This document shows positions 61,231 through 64,000 of a DNA stretch of 64,000 bases, one piece after another. Source of the DNA: an uncultured Planctomycetaceae bacterium. Lineage in GTDB: Bacteria > Planctomycetota > Planctomycetia > Isosphaerales > Isosphaeraceae. The stretch's first letter is position 1; each line of letters opens with the position of its first letter. The DNA lies in NCBI GenBank assembly GCA_963833985.1, contig CAWIAD010000002.1, positions 1-64,000 on the forward strand. The letters are read 5' to 3'. The translations under genes were made by a program, and so were the position numbers. The notes beneath the pieces were generated by a model, which saw nothing but the letters and a program-made list of their open reading frames with translations, was not told the DNA's origin and did no database searches.

Positions 61231-63017
61231 CGTACGACCTCCAGCTCCGGAGCGGCCAGGCCATGCGCCTTGCCCACCTGGACCTCGGCATCGTCGGCCT
61301 GCCAGGTCACAAGCGCGGTTCGAGGACTCCACTCCTCGGTGACTTCGCGGATGAAAGCACGCTCGTGGAGCTTGCGGGACCTCAGGACCGGATCGGTGAC
61401 GGGTAAGGAACTCAAGCTCTGATTGATGACCCAGGCAAAGGGTGTGATGCCTGCCCGCAGGAGATCACGCTGAAGCGAGGCCGCTTCGTGCACCGGCGTT
61501 GCTTCGGGCAACGTCACGATCAGGATCCTGGTGAAGTCGCGGTCGCGGAGGCGGGGCAGGAGCTCACGGACCGACTCGGGCGTATCGCTCAGGTTGCGAA
61601 GCACGTCACGGTGATACGCCTCGGTCGCATCGAGCAAGAGGAGCGTGTGTCCGGTCGGAGCCGTGTCGAGCACGACGAAGTTCGCCTTGCCCTGGTCGAC
61701 CGTGCGGGCGAACGCGCGAAAGACCGCGATCTCCTCGGTGCAGGGAGAGCGGAGGTCTTCCTCGAGCAGGGCCTTGCCTTGCTCGTCGAGGTCCTTGCCC
61801 GCCATGGCCATGACTTCTGCCGTGTACTCGGCGGTTTCCCTGGCCGGGTCGATGCGGCTCACGGTGAGGTTCGGCACACGAGAGCCGAGCGTCAAGTCGA
61901 GATGCGCCGCAGGGTCCGTGGTCGAAAGGTGCACCGCATGGCCAAGGCGAGCGAGGGCCACGGCCAGGCGGGTCGCAACGGTCGTCTTCCCGACCCCTCC
62001 CTTACCCATGGTGAAGATGACACCGTGCCCGTGGCGGGTGAGCTCCGGGATGAGCCTATCGAGTGGCAACGCGGCTTCGTCCGGACTTCCGTCCGCCTCT
62101 GCGGTCGGCACGTCATTGCGCACCGACGACGGGTCATTGAGGGCCCGTACTGCCGCAACGCCCACAAGGCCGAAGGGGAGGAGCGGCACATCAGTCCGGG
62201 GTAGCGAAGCAAGACTATCGGGCAGTTCATCGAGCGCCGCCTTGCCGCGGGCTTCCAGCGCGTCGGCGGTCGAGTCGCCCTTGACGCTCGATGCGAAGAT
62301 GCCGTTCAGGACGAGCTGCTGGTTCTTGATGCCGAGTTCCGCGAGCTCACGGCTGGAGCGTTGCGCTTCGCGGAGGGCCGACTTCTCGGGGCGGCTAACG
62401 AGGACCAGCGTTGTCGTGTTGCCGTCGGAGAGGGCCTTCAACGCCGCTTCGTAGAGCGCGCGCTGAGCCGTGAGGCCCGAGAGCGGGCCCAGGCAGGAGT
62501 TGCCCCCGACGTTCGTCTCGAAAAACGACGTCCACGCTGCGGGCAGTTGCAGCAGCCTGAGCGTGTGCCCGGTCGGAGCCGTGTCGAAGAGGACGTGGTC
62601 GAACTCGGCGGTCGCCACGGCATCGCCCAGGAGCTTTGAAAACTCATCGAATGCCGCGATCTCCGTGGTGCAGGCCCCGGAGAACTGCTCCTCCATGCTC
62701 CTGACGGAGGCTTCGGGGAGAATCCCCCGGTAGGGACCCACCATTCGCTCGCGGTAGGCCTGGGCGGCGGCCTCGGGGTCGACGTTCATGGCGAAGAGGT
62801 TTGCTACGGCCGGAACCGGCGCCGGTGTCATTCCCAGCTCGATCCCGAACACCTCGCCCAGGTTCGAGGCCGGGTCGGTGCTCACCAGGAGCACCCGCTT
62901 ACCGGTATCGGCGAGACCGACGGCTGTGGCGCTGGCGACCGAGGTCTTGCCAACGCCGCCCTTGCCCGTGAAGAAGAGATTTCTGGTGAGACGACCTGGA
63001 ATGACCATCGCTAACAC
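61227..63017 (-). CDS. arsA: Arsenical pump-driving ATPase
   Basis: Two GKGGVGKT and two DTAPTGH motifs; metalloid-binding Cys in GACTTE, SCLGP and SPCTEE. Confidence 0.96.
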   Translation of the reverse strand: MLAMVIPGRLTRNLFFTGKGGVGKTSVASATAVGLADTGKRVLLVSTDPASNLGEVFGIELGMTPAPVPAVANLFAMNVDPEAAAQAYRERMVGPYRGILPEASVRSMEEQFSGACTTEIAAFDEFSKLLGDAVATAEFDHVLFDTAPTGHTLRLLQLPAAWTSFFETNVGGNSCLGPLSGLTAQRALYEAALKALSDGNTTTLVLVSRPEKSALREAQRSSRELAELGIKNQQLVLNGIFASSVKGDSTADALEARGKAALDELPDSLASLPRTDVPLLPFGLVGVAAVRALNDPSSVRNDVPTAEADGSPDEAALPLDRLIPELTRHGHGVIFTMGKGGVGKTTVATRLAVALARLGHAVHLSTTDPAAHLDLTLGSRVPNLTVSRIDPARETAEYTAEVMAMAGKDLDEQGKALLEEDLRSPCTEEIAVFRAFARTVDQGKANFVVLDTAPTGHTLLLLDATEAYHRDVLRNLSDTPESVRELLPRLRDRDFTRILIVTLPEATPVHEAASLQRDLLRAGITPFAWVINQSLSSLPVTDPVLRSRKLHERAFIREVTEEWSPRTALVTWQADDAEVQVGKAHGLAAPELEVVR

Positions 63018-63023
63018 CTCCCC

Positions 63024-63434
63024 TCAACAGCACCTGCACGAAGTATTCGGGCCGCCGACGACGTCCGCCACGTTCGGGTTTGAGCAGCACGAGGAGGCCA
63101 CTTCCGTCGGCTTCTCGCTCTGATGCTCGACCTGGAGGCCGACCAGGCGGGCCAGCTCCGTGCGGGTGGGGTAGCTGCCGAGCGAGGCTACCTGGCCGTC
63201 AACGACGACAAGCGGCAGGCAATCGTTGCCCTGCGCGCGAAGGGCCGCAGTCACCACCGCGTTGGTGGCGAAGGCCTGGGGCTGCTGGGCGAGGTTGTAG
63301 CGCTCCACATCGACCCCCTGACGCTTGAGCCAGTCGAGGTCGGCGGCAATCCGCGGCAAGACCGGGTCGATCACCGGGCCGCAGACGCCGGTGGAGCAGC
63401 ACATCGGGGGATCATAAAGGGCGAGTCTCGGCAT
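63024..63434 (-). CDS. arsD: Arsenite metallochaperone
   Basis: YDPPMCCSTGVCG, ERYNLAQQPQAF, YPTR and C-terminal CC pairs. Confidence 0.95.
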   Translation of the reverse strand: MPRLALYDPPMCCSTGVCGPVIDPVLPRIAADLDWLKRQGVDVERYNLAQQPQAFATNAVVTAALRAQGNDCLPLVVVDGQVASLGSYPTRTELARLVGLQVEHQSEKPTEVASSCCSNPNVADVVGGPNTSCRCC

Positions 63435-63503
63435 GATCGGCTTCTCCTTTTTCGTCTATCGGCGATAACCGATAGCTCTGGGTAAAAAAACGCCTCCGGC
63501 ATC

Positions 63504-63839
63504 TCAGAGACCGGAGACGAGCTCCTTGAACCGTTCGAGCACCTTCGGCTCGACGCAGTAACAGACGCGCGGTCCGTCGATGGTGCCGCGAATGAGCCCG
63601 GACTCCTTGAGCATCTTCAAGTGTTGCGAGACGGTCGATTGGGCCAACGGCAGGTGCTCGACGATGTCGCCGCACATGCACGAGTCCCGAGAGAGGAGGT
63701 AACGGACGATCTGTACCCTTGCCGGGTGGCCCAAAGCCTTGGCGAGCGTGGCGAGCTCCACTCCTGAATCCCGAGCCTCTTCAGCCGGGATGGCCGAGAC
63801 CTTTCGCGTTTTCACCTCGGAGCAGCACTTGTCGTCCAC
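63504..63839 (-). CDS. arsR: ArsR/SmtB family metalloregulator
   Basis: [29 protein letters not shown] and GPRVCYC; GGGAGG RBS before GTG 63839. Confidence 0.93.
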   Translation of the reverse strand: MDDKCCSEVKTRKVSAIPAEEARDSGVELATLAKALGHPARVQIVRYLLSRDSCMCGDIVEHLPLAQSTVSQHLKMLKESGLIRGTIDGPRVCYCVEPKVLERFKELVSGL

Positions 63840-63858
63840 GAGTACCTCCCACAATATA

Positions 63859-63898
63859 ATCGTAAAACGACGATAAACGATTTACCAAATCCTGTCAA
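63859..63898 (-). promoter_or_regulatory. sigma70 promoter and ArsR operator of the ars operon
   Basis: TTGACA (63898-63893), 17 bp, then TATCGT; an overlapping palindrome ATCGT-N6-ACGAT at 63859-63874. Confidence 0.8.
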
Positions 63899-64000
63899 GA
63901 GTGGACCGTTTTTCTGGGAAAAGGCAAAGGGCCCAGCGCACATCCTGGACAACGCCTGAAAGATTTGGGGGTTCACGCATTGTGTCACGAAAGAGCACCG

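Overview
High-GC chromosomal window that is almost certainly from a planctomycete (Isosphaeraceae-like). The evidence is planctomycete-type extended ECF sigma factors, an ECF/Ser-Thr kinase pair, secreted proteins with 'LExLExRxLL' N-termini and a plant-like AHAS. From left to right it holds: the 5' part of a group II intron inserted in the centre of a REP-like palindrome; metabolic genes (SDR, ilvB, CoA transferase); an atypical sigma54-type activator; xerC; tRNA-Met; signalling genes; a block of secreted or unknown proteins, including a 1439-aa protein facing a stand-alone paralogue of its own C-terminal domain; a five-gene TPR / J-domain / GrpE / Hsp70 / Zn-ribbon-TPR operon; mlaE-mlaD; a rhomboid; a composite 173-bp x ~6.3 tandem array with inverted flanks lying among decayed gene fragments; a PqaA-like gene; an aldo-keto reductase; a GH63 glucosidase; rutE; an ECF-STK-TIGR03032-beta-helix cluster; a PAS/GAF kinase; a desaturase; and an arsR-D-A-E-F(+Trx)-G operon with no arsenite pump. 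At least seven otherwise intact genes carry single frameshifts in G/C-rich stretches, probably long-read assembly errors. No CRISPR array or rRNA is visible. All homology calls come from motifs recognised by eye; no searches were run.
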